From NCBI RefSeq assembly GCF_009914755.1, contig NC_060929.1: a DNA stretch of 64,000 nucleotides, one strand, 5' to 3'. A model generated the notes under the pieces. That model did not search any database and was not told the origin of the DNA. It saw only the letters and a list, made by a program, of their open reading frames with translations. Made by a program: the position numbers and the translations under genes. Source of the stretch: the human T2T-CHM13v2.0 reference genome, Homo sapiens. How positions within the stretch are numbered: the stretch's first letter is position 1; every line of letters begins with the position of its first letter. Below, in pieces: positions 12,500 through 24,961 of the stretch.

Positions 12500-12675
12500 A
12501 TCTTTTTTTCCCTTTTTCCTTTTCTTTCCTCTTTCCTTTCTACTTTCCTTTCCCCTTTCCTTATCTTTACCTTTTCCTTTCCTTTTGTCTTCTCTCATCT
12601 CCTCCTCCCCTGCCCTCCTCTTACCTCCCTTTCCCTTTTTTTACTTTATTATTTTGTTTTCATTCTTCCTTACTT
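12500..12675. repeat. Polypyrimidine (CT-rich) low-complexity tract
   Basis: tttccttttctttcctctttcctttc... almost purely C/T. Confidence 0.8.
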
Positions 12676-13127
12676 TTTAATCAGGCACACTTCCAGGCGC
12701 TAGAGATATAATAGTACCTACTTTCATGAAGCTTTTATTCTGTCACCGATAACCAAGATTTGTATTAATTCAATAATTTTAGACATAAAACTTCAATAGC
12801 ATAAGGTAATATATTTAAATACATTTCTGTAATAAAAAGTGTAAGTTAAGTTATAAGTGGTTATTTTATGTTTCTGGTAATTATTTTTTTTTCAATGAAA
12901 AGTGAGGTTGATCTCTGTTCAACCAATCTGGCAGAGTTGCTATCAACTTCACTTCAGAAAAGCTCCATTCTATGTGAATGCAGTTAGTCCAATATACAGA
13001 TGATAAGCCCTAATTAGAAATATCTGAATACGAACCTTTCCAATCATGGTGCTAAAAGTCGTCCAGAAATTCAAGATAGACATAAAGATTTTCAGGAAAA
13101 AAATATAAGCATAAAAAGCTGAGAACT

Positions 13128-13445
13128 GGCTGGGTATGTGGCTCACTCTTGTAATCCCAGCATTTTGAGACACCAAGGCAGGAGGATCACTTGAAACCAG
13201 GAGTTTGAGACCAGCCTGGGCAACATGGCAAGACACTGTTTCTGCAAACAATTTAAAATACAATAATTTAGCCAGGTGTGGTGGTGCACACCTGTTGTCC
13301 TAGTTACTCAGGAGGCTGAGGCAGGAGGATTGCTTGGACCCAGGCATTCAAGGCTGCAGTGAGCTATGATTGCACCATTGCACTTCAAGCTGCACTGCAC
13401 TCCAGGGCAACAGAACTAGACACTGTGTAAAAGTAAAAACAAATT
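13128..13445 (+). mobile_element. Alu SINE (AluJ-like)
   Basis: ggctgggtatgtggctcac ... ggaggattgcttgga ... gagctatgattgcacc; J-type diagnostics, degraded tail. Confidence 0.9.
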
Positions 13446-13514
13446 AATTCATTAAAAATTTGAGATGTGACAAATCACATAGAAAAAATAATCTAGGTCT
13501 AAGTTTTTATGTGG

Positions 13515-13645
13515 ACACTAGGCTGCCTGCATAAAAATCACCTATTTTTATGGTCAAAATGCAGATGCCTAGGCCCAGATATGGATTTATGTAAACAACA
13601 CATCTAATAAGTTTCTTAATCATGTTAAGTACTGAGAACCATTGA
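13515..13645. mobile_element. MER5-like hAT DNA transposon remnant
   Basis: aaatcacct...aaaatgcagatgcctaggccc...tgagaaccattg resemble MER5. Confidence 0.45.
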
Positions 13646-14150
13646 GGTGAATTCTAGGGAGTTGTTAACTGCATTAGAAGAATTTCTCACGTGTGGCAAA
13701 CAGATTTATAAATGAACTTCAAGGACTTACCAAGAAATCTTCCAAGATAAAAGTCCTCAACATGCATGCTACCTGCAGGGTGGCTCTCCAGGACATTCCT
13801 TCATGTCCAGTAATTGTCAAGGCAAACATTGAGCTTGCAGCTCTGGAGTTTTCTATGAAATGGCAGAACTTAGGAATTTAACAACAATTCCTTTTATATC
13901 TGGGGAATTCTAAAATCTTTCTGGTGTATTACATTTTACAGATTTCTTCTGTATCTTTCAAGATAGACAGCTGAATATATTCCTGCCATTTAAATGAGAT
14001 TTTTTGAGAGAAGGTGCATATACATTTTGATGGCTGAAATGAATACATATTGTCATTAGTACTATCAGTAACAGTAGTATTACTATTATTTACAATAGCT
14101 GGGAAAATGTGGCTCATTATTGTAATCATTAGACATTCCAAAAGAGTTTT

Positions 14151-14520
14151 TGTGTTAGTCCATTTTCACACTGCTGTAAAGATACTACCTGAGAGTTGGT
14201 AATTTAATTTGTAAACAAAAGAGGTTTAATTGACACAGCTCTACATGGCTGGGGAGGCCTCAGGAAACTTACAATCATAGCAGAAGGTAAGGGGGAAGCA
14301 GGCACATCTTACATGGAGGCAGGACAGACAGCACAAGAAGGAAACTGTCAAACATTTTTAAAACCACCAGCTCTTGTGAGAACTCACTCATTATCATGAT
14401 AACAACATAGGAGAAACCATCCCCATGATCCAATATCCTCCCACCAAGCACCTCCCTCGACATGTGGGGATTACAATATGAAATGGGATTTGGGTGCAGA
14501 CACAGAGCCAAACCATATCA
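14151..14520 (-). mobile_element. MST (MaLR) solo LTR
   Basis: tgtgttagtccattttcacactgctgtaaag ... ggggaggcctcaggaaacttacaatc ... gacacagagccaaaccatatca. Confidence 0.9.
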
Positions 14521-16354
14521 GTGGTGCACCCATCCATATCCTAATTTTGGAAAGTTATGTCGCCATTTGTTTTTGCCTCTCGGGTTAATAAAATCTCAAC
14601 TCTTTATAAGTAGACCAGAAAAACACTTATCAGGGTATTATAACATTTATATTGTAACATACAAACAATACCTAGAAAACTAAAGGTAAAACACTTTTGG
14701 TCTTGACAATATTGTGCCAAGAACACATTTTTTCGTGATACTAGTCTTTGCAGTCATCCTTGGTTAGGCAATTGATCTCAAAAGTCTGTAAGAAAAGATA
14801 ACAGTGGTTATGGTTTTGCTAATCAATAAGCAGTATTGAAATATCAATCAATGCCCAATCTGGTAATTCTTCAGTTGATTTGTTCCTTTGTAAGGTATTT
14901 GCATACAATATATATTTCATGTCTTTATCTGTTGGAAGCACATAATATTGTTTTTCAAATCAGTTGCCAGTAGTTAATTTTTCTATTGCCTGAACTTCCA
15001 GAAATGGTTTATCTGGGTTTACTTGCCATTGACCATGGCATTTCCAGAAATAATAGAAAAAATATGTCAAAAATGTCTACATAGCTATAAATTGTGGCTC
15101 TTCTATTGGTTGAGAAAGAGCTAGAAAGATGCTAGGAAACAAAATGTAATGCATTAGGTCTTCATCATAATTTCTAGAAATTGATTTTATCTCTACCACA
15201 GGACTTTATTCTTGGTAGTTGAAGGCATATAGATATTTTCCCAGGAAGTAGAAACTTGGGTTTGTGCTGAAGCAAGCCTCTTCTAACAGAGTCATAGTCA
15301 TATGAAATATATAGCAATTAAGAGATCTTGGACCTAGCTTTAATATCTTATACATGTGACTTCAACAATTAAAAACACACACATTTTTGCCTTTTTTCTC
15401 AGGCAATACTGCATTTTATTTTTTGCAAAATTGATGTTGTCACGAAAGAGACAGAAAATACTAATGGTTGAAGGAGCACTTTGGAGAAAATATCTATGTT
15501 TAAAGTACAGAATGACATCTGATAAATATATTAATAGAAAGATTAGGGAGGAGGCTGGACGATGGGATATTAAATTAAGAATCAGTAGAATGCTTGCTCA
15601 CACCATTTGAATGCAATTTTAGATTTTTTTGCAAATAAATACGAAAAGTAAATGTAACAACAAAGTCTTAAGATTATTTTTCACATTTTAGTATTGTTGC
15701 ATTTGATAACAACTCTACAAATATGCCAACTAGGTGTTGTCTTCTTAAAATATACCACTTGGCTTCCATTGCAAATTCTGGAAATGTTGCTAAGACTAGA
15801 TACCAATGCTTTTGAAGATCTCTGATGCAATCTGTTACAAACATTACTTGATAAGAGAAAAAAGTATTTGGCCACCACTGGGTAAGGGAAGAACATAAGT
15901 ATTTATCTACTGTGAAGTATTTGAAAAAATGATTATTTTCTTTGAAAAAAATATTTTAGTTGTCAAAGATAAATTATTACACATAGAATCAGATTCTTTA
16001 TGCTATTTGTTTATCTTATTTAGATGGAATAATTTATTACAACAAACAAAAATGAAAAGCACATTCAAAATAAGAAAATGTTCTACAAAAATCATACATA
16101 TCTATATTTTATATTTTGGTATATCTTTCAAACAAATATCACACACTATATCCAGACTTTAACAGATTGTTCCCCTAAGATCATATCAAGGATATGTACA
16201 TAACTTTCATAATGTTAATTTTAATCAGTGCATGTTCTTTTTTAATATTTATCATAATTTATTTAAATAATTTATCTTGACTCTATACATCTGTTTCCAA
16301 AGATTTTCTCCTATGGTACATAATAACTTGATAATCACAATTTTAAGAGGTTTT

Positions 16355-17562
16355 GGCCCTCACTTGCTGATAATCACCTGCCTCAATGTGCATGCTCCCT
16401 GCCACTGCCTTACAGAAATGGTTTGATTATTCACAGTCTCTCACCAAATGAGACCTGTGTCCAGGGTACTAGCTTCTCCTGTCACTTGGGCTTATGCTAA
16501 AGATGTGAAATTTGGTGTAGAAGCCCGAGCCTTAATGCTTCAAGTTATATGACTTTAAGCCTATGCTCTAGCTGTTACAATGGAGCCAAAGAGAAGAATA
16601 GTGATTATTGAAGAGAGTTGGGGAAGACCTAAAGTAACAAAAGATGGAGTGATTGTGGCACACTCAATTAACTTAGAAGATAAATATGAAAATATTGGAG
16701 CTAAACCTGTTCAAGATGTTTCCAATAACAGAATTGAAGAGGTTGAGGATTGCACCACCACTGCTACTGTACTGGCATGCCCTATTGTCAAAGAAAGAGA
16801 AAAATTAGCAAAAGTGCTAATTCAGCGGAAATCAGGAGACGTATTATGTTAGCTATTGATTCTGTAATTGCTGAACTTAAGAATCAGTCTAAACCAGTGA
16901 CAACTCTTGAAGAAACTGCTCAAGATGCTACAATTTCTGCAAACAGAGAGAAAGAAATTGGCAACATATTTCTTATACAGTGAATAATGCTGGAAGAAAG
17001 GGTGTCATTACAGTAAATAATGGAAAAACATTGAATGATGAACTAGAAATTATGGAAGGCATGAAGTTTGATCAAGGCTATATTTCTCCATACTTTATTA
17101 ATACATCAAAGGTGTATTTTACTGTGAATAATAGTATGTGAATTTCAGTATGTGTATGTTCTATTGAGTGAAAAGGAAATTTCCAGTGTCCAGTCCATTA
17201 TACCTGGTCTTTAAATTGCCAGTGGTCAAACCCTTGGTCATAACTGCTGAAAATGTTTTGAACAGTATAAAAGTTGGTCTCTAGGCTGTAACTGTCAAAG
17301 CTCCAGGTTTTGGTGACAATTGAAAGAACAAGCTTAAAGATAAGACTACTGCTATTAGTGGTGAAGTGTTTGAACAAGAGGGGTTCACCCTAAATCTGGA
17401 AGTTGTTGAGCCTCATGACTTAGAAGAAATTGGAGAGGTCATTGCGACAGAAGATGATGCTATGCTCTTAAAAGGCAATTATGGCAAGGCTCAAATTGAA
17501 AAGTGTATTCAAGACACTCAGCCAGTTAGATGTCACAACTGGTAATACAAAAAGGAAAAACT
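16355..17562 (+). pseudogene. HSPD1P: Processed pseudogene of HSPD1 (mitochondrial HSP60 chaperonin), 3'-truncated at about codon 390
   Basis: Intronless match to HSPD1 mRNA including 5'UTR and presequence (cagaaATG at 16418; atgagacctgtgtccagggtactag; gcttatgctaaagatgtgaaatttggtg). Translated fragments [52 protein letters not shown]. Stop at codon 3 (ATG GTT TGA), frameshifts and deletions. Pseudogene number cannot be assigned. Confidence 0.96.
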
Positions 17563-17762
17563 GGGCCAGACGCGGTGGCTCACGCCTGTAATACCAGCAC
17601 TTTAGGAGGCCAAGGCGGGTGGATCACGAGATCAGGAGATCGAGACCATCCTGGCCAACATGGTGAAACCCCGTCTCTACTAAAAATACAAAAATTAGCT
17701 GGGTGTGGTGGTGCGTGCCTGTACTCCCAGCTACTCAGGAGGCTGAGGCAGGAGAACGGCGA
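17563..17762 (+). mobile_element. Alu SINE (AluSc/Y-like), 3' part missing
   Basis: ggccagacgcggtggctcacgcc ... gaggcaggagaacggcg, then abrupt end with no poly-A or TSD. Confidence 0.92.
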
Positions 17763-17945
17763 GATTTTTTTTTAACAAAAGTGGAAGAAAAAGTTCAATA
17801 AAAAACATTTGCTTTAAAGTGGTAGCCATATGCAATAACTAAAAGCCTTCAGGCAAGCTACATTCCCCATTATTGTAACTCATCACAGATTGTAGTAATA
17901 TCCATTATCTTTTTCCTCCTCTGCTACAAGTTCTAGATTACCCTC

Positions 17946-18461
17946 TGTAATGGTTAATATTGAGTGTCAACTTGATTGGATTGAAGGATGCAAAGTATTG
18001 TTCCTGGGGTATGTCTGTGAGGGTGTTGCCAAAGGATACTAACAGTTGAGTCAGTTGACTGGGAAAGGCAGACCCACCCTCAATCTGGATGGGCACAATC
18101 TAATCAGCTGGCAGCAAGGCTGGAATAAAGCAGGCAGAAGAATGTGGACAGACTAGACTGGCTTAGTTTTCCAGCCTACATCTTTCCCACATGCTGGATG
18201 CTTCCTGCTCTCGAACATCGGACTCCAAGTTTTTCAGCTTTTGGACTTTTGGACCTTTGACTGCAGACCAAAGGCTGCACTGTCTGCTTCCCTACTTTTG
18301 AGGCTTTGGAACCCCTACTGGCTCCCTTGCTCCTCAGCTTGCTGACGTCCTATTGTGGGATTTCTCTTTGTGATCGTGTGAGTCAATACTCCTTAATAAA
18401 CTCCTTTATACATATATCTATTCTATTAGTTCTGTCCCTCTAGAGAACTCTGACTAATATA
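17946..18461 (+). mobile_element. MLT2A (ERVL) solo LTR
   Basis: tgtaatggttaatattgagtgtcaacttgattggattgaaggatgc ... ctctagagaactctgactaatata; 5-bp TSD ccctc/tcctc. Confidence 0.93.
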
Positions 18462-19084
18462 TCCTCAGACTTGGTGAGCAATTAGTGTGGTCTGAGCTGC
18501 TTCCTGTTAATGGATATTAAGACCTTAATCCCACAAGAGACAAAATTCTTCATTACCATGACCTTAAATGTGCACATTTTGAACCTTCCTTGAAATGTCC
18601 AAGGGACATATGGAATGTAAGCTTCTTCGGCTTGTCACTCATATAACCTATTCCAGCTTTGAGTCTCACATTTTTTTTTTCCAGAGTACCTTGACTTTGA
18701 CAAAGGAGATCTGTGAAGACTTCATAGGTCTGTCACTTTTATATTTTGAACCTTGGCCTGATTTTCAGCACAGACTTTTCTGTGGCTACAGAAGATCATA
18801 ATCTGCTTGAAAGTTACCTTAGAGACCTTATGTCCTCCTCTGTATGCATTTAGTTGAATGTTGCTGCTCTGAGTCTAACATTTTAATTTTTAAAAATGTT
18901 CCAATCAGTTAAACAAAGTCAGCTTGTCATCTTTACTTCTTTCTCCCATACAGGTCAAGTGCCCAGCAAATGAGCATCACAATGGCTTACTTTCCTATTT
19001 ACACCATCCTCATTAAGCACAAGTAAAAGTCACAATACTTGTATTACATTGAATGCCAGACTTTACCACCACACACTTACCTCC

Positions 19085-19140
19085 TTCACACATGAATTAC
19101 TAAGGAGCTCAGCTCGGCTCCTTAGTAATTCATGTGTGAA
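19085..19140. repeat. Perfect 24-bp inverted repeat with 8-nt spacer (hairpin)
   Basis: ttcacacatgaattactaaggagc-tcagctcg-gctccttagtaattcatgtgtgaa. Confidence 0.95.
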
Positions 19141-22100
19141 CTCTGATCCTTAGGATCTACTTTTTAGGGCCATTTCTGGTTCCAACTCTCTTCACATAGG
19201 TTATCTACAAAGTAGAGTGTGAAGTAGAGGACTTATGTGCTTTTCTTTTACTTACTAAGATGCATAAATCCAAGAAGAAGTAAGGACCAATGATACAATG
19301 TTGAGCTTTTTAATATCTTGCTCTATCCCAAAGAGCCTACATAAAATGCATTTTGGAACTCTCAAATACATTCTAGAACAAGAAGCATAGGATCCTGACA
19401 TATAGCAAGGCATGTCAGGTGGTGACTAGGTAAAGTAGACTACAGCCCATGTAGAGTGGCTTACCACAGCAACATTTGGATTACCAGAGGGAGGGGGGGA
19501 AAGGAGATCAGAAATGGTATAAAACAGGTGTCCCATAAAGTGGCTTTTAAGTTACAGAGTTTTACATTGCAGAAACAAAAACTGAGTTGGATTAGACAAT
19601 GATTAATATTACCAATATTTTATTAAAATAAATTTAAATCTCATCCCAAGGCATTCTCCATGTGGTATGGATGGAGTGAAACAGTTCTATAAATACATTA
19701 TTAAAAAACTTTCTTATTCAAAATACCTGTGAATAAAAATGAAGAAAGATGGCTACATGGAAGATTAAAAAGTATAGCTTCTACACACATTAGAACAAGT
19801 TACACCAAAGAAAGATAGCAGGCAAAATGAGAGCAAAAGAAGGACATTATATATAAAAAAACCTTGTACAGTGTTAAAAAGTTTGTAAGAGTAGACTATA
19901 TTCTCAAATAGTGTTATGTTAAAAAATTCAATAATCCAGCCAGACTATTAATTTAAATTTTTATTTTGTAAATGAATAACATTAAACAAAAGAGTGAAAC
20001 TCCTCCACATTTATAGTACTAAAAAGCAAAATTAGATATTACAAATTGTGGGACTAATTGTGTTTACATTTAATCAGTGTTAAATGATGAATATTAATAA
20101 GGAGATAAAATACCACTTTTTGAATTGTATTCTTGCAGCCATGCTTTAACTCTATACTATCCCCCTACTTTGATTGTATGTTTGCCAAAATTATTAGATT
20201 ATTTGTATAACATTAACATTCTACTTCCAAAAATAAATACAATAGAAAATTTTAAGCAAATAGGTAAGTCAAAACAAAAATGTTTCTACAAATGTCCATG
20301 TACAGGCAAGCATGGCAGAAAAGAATGCTTACAGAGGAGAAAATTCTCATCTCCTGGACCACCCTGGATGGTTCTGTGTAAACCACGCACATTTGACTAG
20401 GATTCATTTGCTCATGAAATCAATTAATCTGTTTATCCTATTTTTGAAGCAAAATATTATATGATTAAATATTAGAAGTTATCTGCTCTCTTAAAAATTC
20501 TGTTACAACATAATTTATATCTTACCATTAAAATTTCAAAAACCATTTGTTAGTCAGAAGATATCTCCAGATCTCATTTCATATTTTAGCACATGGCAAT
20601 ACTACATATGTCAAACAAAAGAGTTATATCTCTATCTCTATTACAATCATGACCAAAACCTGCCACACACTTATTTATAGGAGAGTTGAGTGGGGACATT
20701 CTAAATCCTTCACTGTACTTTAAACACAAACATCAGTGGGGTTTGAAGATATTATTTGATGTAAGTTTTTACCAATTAAATGTAAATTCCTGTGGAGGGA
20801 TCAGGATATTATTTTTTCTCTTTCATTAATCATTAAAAATGAAGGTCCCTTACTATAAAATCTTTCTAAATACAGGTTTTCACCATCCTTTGCCACAATA
20901 CAGTCAAAAGATTCCAGCTAATAACTCACATACATCTCATTTAGAATGTTCGATGTAAATTATCACCATTAATGATATAAGTGACTTATTAACACAAAGA
21001 ACACAAACAAATTAAAATTAGAAGACACATTTCATAGAGAGAAAGCATTCTTGAGGCTGTTAGCTAAGTCCCATGAGAGAGAGTGAAGGTAGGAAAAAAT
21101 GCAGAACAGTTAAGTGAGAAGAAAAAGTAGTTGTAACAGAGTCAAGGGAAAAGAACAACCAAAAAGTAGGTAGTACAGAAGCACCTGGATTCCCTCCCCT
21201 GAGTATCTTAACCACGTATTAAAATATAAATATTTGAACTAATGGTGACAATTATTTGACTCCAATCATTTTCGGCTCTGTTTTTCGCCTCTTTCCCTCA
21301 AAGTATTAACTCTGTTAGGTTGTCTCAACATCCACTATTATACGACTCACTCATTTACACATTTAAAGCCTCTGGACTATTTTTTCTTCCATTTAAGTTT
21401 CTCTCTCAGTATAGGCTTAGAAACAGCTCACCTTTTTGCCTCATTTGGAACAGTTTCATACGTGGCTTCTCTTCCAGGTCCCTGAACGTGGGGGTCTTGA
21501 AAACTTGTTTATATTAGTGAGGTTAGCATGAGTGGCTTCCCGGACAATCCTCACCTCCCTGTCACTCCACTGTTTGAATGATCCTGCCCACAGTCCAGGC
21601 ATGTTGGGAAGATGAACATCCATCAGGGATCGTTATCCACCCCGATGCTGTGTGTTTTGAGAAGAAAAGATTCCATTATCCCACTCTGATCCAGATCAAA
21701 GTAGATAATAGGTAGAAGCTTTAAGGCTTAGGGCACCTGAAAATCTGACACAGACTTTTTCTGTGGGGAGGGCTGAAACTCATGGTAAAAGAAGGTAGCT
21801 GTGAAAAAGAGAAGACAAAATACATCAGTGAAAATGTCTGGAATTCCCATGATGCCGGGCACTGTAAGACACTGACCTTGTGAGTATTATGGAAAGGCCC
21901 CCCGTCACAGGCATCAGTATTGTTTGGATGGGTGTATGCAGAAGGGTCTGAATCAGGTGTTAGGCACAGATGGCTGTAGGAGGTAAGCATGTGAATGGTG
22001 TGGGCAGGGGAAAGGGTTTGAGAATGCTACAAGCAGAAAGGGGCTCATAGAAACAATTCTCATGTTCTTCTGATAGGCACATGAAAGCTTCCTGTTGTTA

Positions 22101-24334
22101 ACTGTAATGGGATTCCATGGCAATCATATGCTATTGCTGCAAAGAATATCTTGAATTAAATATATCACTTAGGCTTTAATTTATATCCCATATATTAGCA
22201 TAGCATTATAATTTATATCAGATATTTGAAATTGGATGTCTGTGTTAAATTTAACTTTATTGGCTATTGAGTAATAAAATTGATTAAGAATTTTTAAAAA
22301 TCACCAGGAAGGTTTTATAAGTTGATTGTTATTATTATCATAATATTTTTAAACTACTCCCATTAACACATATGTTATCCAATATAGTGAAATCTCAAAG
22401 CAATTGACCTAACTATATCTAGTGTTCGTTAAAAGTCTCAAATGTGTGGAAAACACTGTGGCAAGGAAAAAGTTATTAGTAGCACAGCACTCTTTTCCTT
22501 TTCAGAACTTACCAAATTGTAAGTATTACTCAATTTTTATTAATTGAAAGAATTATCTGTATCTTAATTTTAAGTAATGTTGTTTATGCTTTTATGCCTA
22601 AAGCCTCTGTATTGAATAGCATACATTTCTACAACCTCCCTGAGATATAATTTGATCCAAATTCTGTGCATCAATTTTTGTCATAATAATTATGCCTGAT
22701 CCTATGCTCATCCAGCTGATTAACAGCATAGAGGATGAGCATGATGACACTGGCACCTTGATTGGATTGTTTACCAGAAGGATATATAACACTGAATGAA
22801 GGGCAGAAGTTCTCCAACAAATGCAGTGATATTAGACATGTAAGGATGTGAGTGGGGAAAAGAGTCAGGCAATCAAGAATGGCGTTGGTGTTTAGTCAAG
22901 CGCTCTCACCTCTGGTCTCCAAGCCAATAACCTACATATCAAGAATTCACTCATAATGTAGCTTGTTCCCACCACCACTAAGGAATGAAATAGTAGAGAA
23001 ACATAAAGAATAGAAGTTACATTACACATTCAAAGTAGAAACATTTCACAGAGACAAAGCCCTGCTGCTTCGGATAAGCACAATAAAGCCTTATTCATGT
23101 GAGGACTCTTCTCTTAAATAATGGGGAAGAACGCAGAAAGAAGGTAGACATAGAGCAGGTAGAAACAGCAGGAAAGAGCATGACCCCCAGCACAACTCAA
23201 ATAGAACTAATTGTTCCGAAGAAGCTAAGATTAAGCACTCTATGATTATATGAATATAAATGAGTATATAGGTACATATTTTATGGTAGAATAACATTTC
23301 AACTCTAACTGTAGAAAGAATAATTTAACAAGGACAATAAAAGAGTTCCATTTCCTGAGCTATTTAAAGTGCCATCTGAGTCATCAGGCAGCAATGCACT
23401 TTGTATTTCCTAAAGGACAGAGCATGTACTTGATAAAGGATCGTTGATTCATGAAGCAGTTACCAAAGTTAATCTTCTGGTCTCAGAAAGAGATTTCACA
23501 GATTGTCTATCAAATAGAATAAGTAGATGGGGCCACCCTCTCAGTAATTCATTTGCCCCAGCTAATTCAATGACTTTTTTTTTTCTCTCTGATAGATGAA
23601 AACTTATAGTCAAGGCCAAAATACTTTTTTTTCAATATCAAAAGCATACTGCACATAAAAGTGGATAATGCACATTAAATGACATATTTCTATGGCTTTT
23701 AGTTTCAAGACTACTTTCTTGTGCTCTATTTGACCTCACATCTCGTAGTCACAGCATTGCTATGACTAGCAAATGGTCCTTTTTTATTGCTATAATCATT
23801 GAGGCTATACCATATGCTTTCTAAAGGATGAACATGAAAATAGTAAAACTAATTATTTAAATTAGTTTCAGGGATACTGTTCTTGGCATGGAATAGACTT
23901 CATGAATCTTTTGCAGCTATTTCAACTCACAATGTGCCAGCTTCTGTAGATTTAACTCTCAACCTATCCTATATTTTCTTGACCTTGACCGCTTATTAAC
24001 ATTTTATGATTCTGGAATAGTACTTACTCCATAATGACCATACTCTTTTATGATCTATTATAATAATAGATTATACAATTATTTTATAGGATGATATATT
24101 AAAATCCTCTGAATTTTTAAAAAGCCTTTGAGCAAAATGTGAATAGGTCTAACAAGGTAAAAGAAATGACCTAGTTGTGTTTGCTTAAACTGTGGTTTGT
24201 CTCCTCAGAAAGGGTACCTGGCTCAGCAAAATCCATCAGCAATATGAAAAGACTCTCCTCCTCAGCCCACAAGTGGCTAAGCTCTACCTACAGGGTGATA
24301 ACAGGGATCAATGTCTCTTTTTATAGGAAGAAAC

Positions 24335-24961
24335 TGTTACAGGAAAGGGGTCCTGATCCAGATCCCAAGAGACGGTTCTTGAATCTTGCGCAAGAAAGAT
24401 TTCCAGGCAATTCCATAAAGTGAAAACAAGTTTATTAAGAAAGTAAAGAAATAAGAGTGGCCACTCCATAGGCAAAGCGGTACCGAGGGTTGCTGGTTGC
24501 CCATTTTTATGGTTATTTCTTGATCATATGCTAAACAAGATGTAGATTATTCATGAGTTTTCTGGCAAAGGGGAGAGTAATTCTGGGAACTGAGGGTTCC
24601 TCCCCTTTTTAGGCCTCATAGGGTAACTTCCTGGAGTTGACATGGTATCTGTAAACTGTTAGGGCACTGGTGGGAGTATCTTTTAGCATGTGAATGCCTT
24701 GTAAGTAGCATATAATGCGCAGTGAGGATGACTAGAGGTCACTTTTGTTGCCATCTTGGTTTTGGTAGATTTGGGCCAGCTTCTTTACTGCAACCTGTTT
24801 TATCAGCAAGCTCTTTATGACCTGTGTCTTGTGCCAATCTCCTATCTCATCCTGTGAGTCAGAATGCCTAACTCACTGGGAATGCAGCCCAGCAGTTCTC
24901 AGCTTCATTTTACCCATCCCCTACTCAAGATGGAGTCACTGTGGTTCAAATGCCTCTGACA
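24335..24961 (-). mobile_element. MER41 (MER41B-like, ERV1) solo LTR
   Basis: Reverse strand starts tgtcagaggcatttgaaccacagtgactccatcttgagtagggg, the MER41 5' end; 4-bp TSD aaac on both sides. Confidence 0.9.
24581..24589. promoter_or_regulatory. GAS (STAT1) motif TTCTGGGAA in MER41; degenerate second site TTCTGGCAA at 24560-24568
   Basis: Matches TTCNNNGAA at the position where MER41B carries tandem GAS sites; activity untested. Confidence 0.5.

Noticed and set aside
16580-16983. Chaperonin ORFs as a functional gene, or as bacterial groEL transfer/NUMT
   Set aside because: Stop at codon 3, frameshifts and truncation; carries the nuclear HSPD1 5'UTR and mitochondrial presequence, so it is a retrocopy.
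21300-22030. GC-richer unique-looking patch as exon or enhancer
   Set aside because: No recognisable protein or motif; probably an unrecognised ancient repeat.
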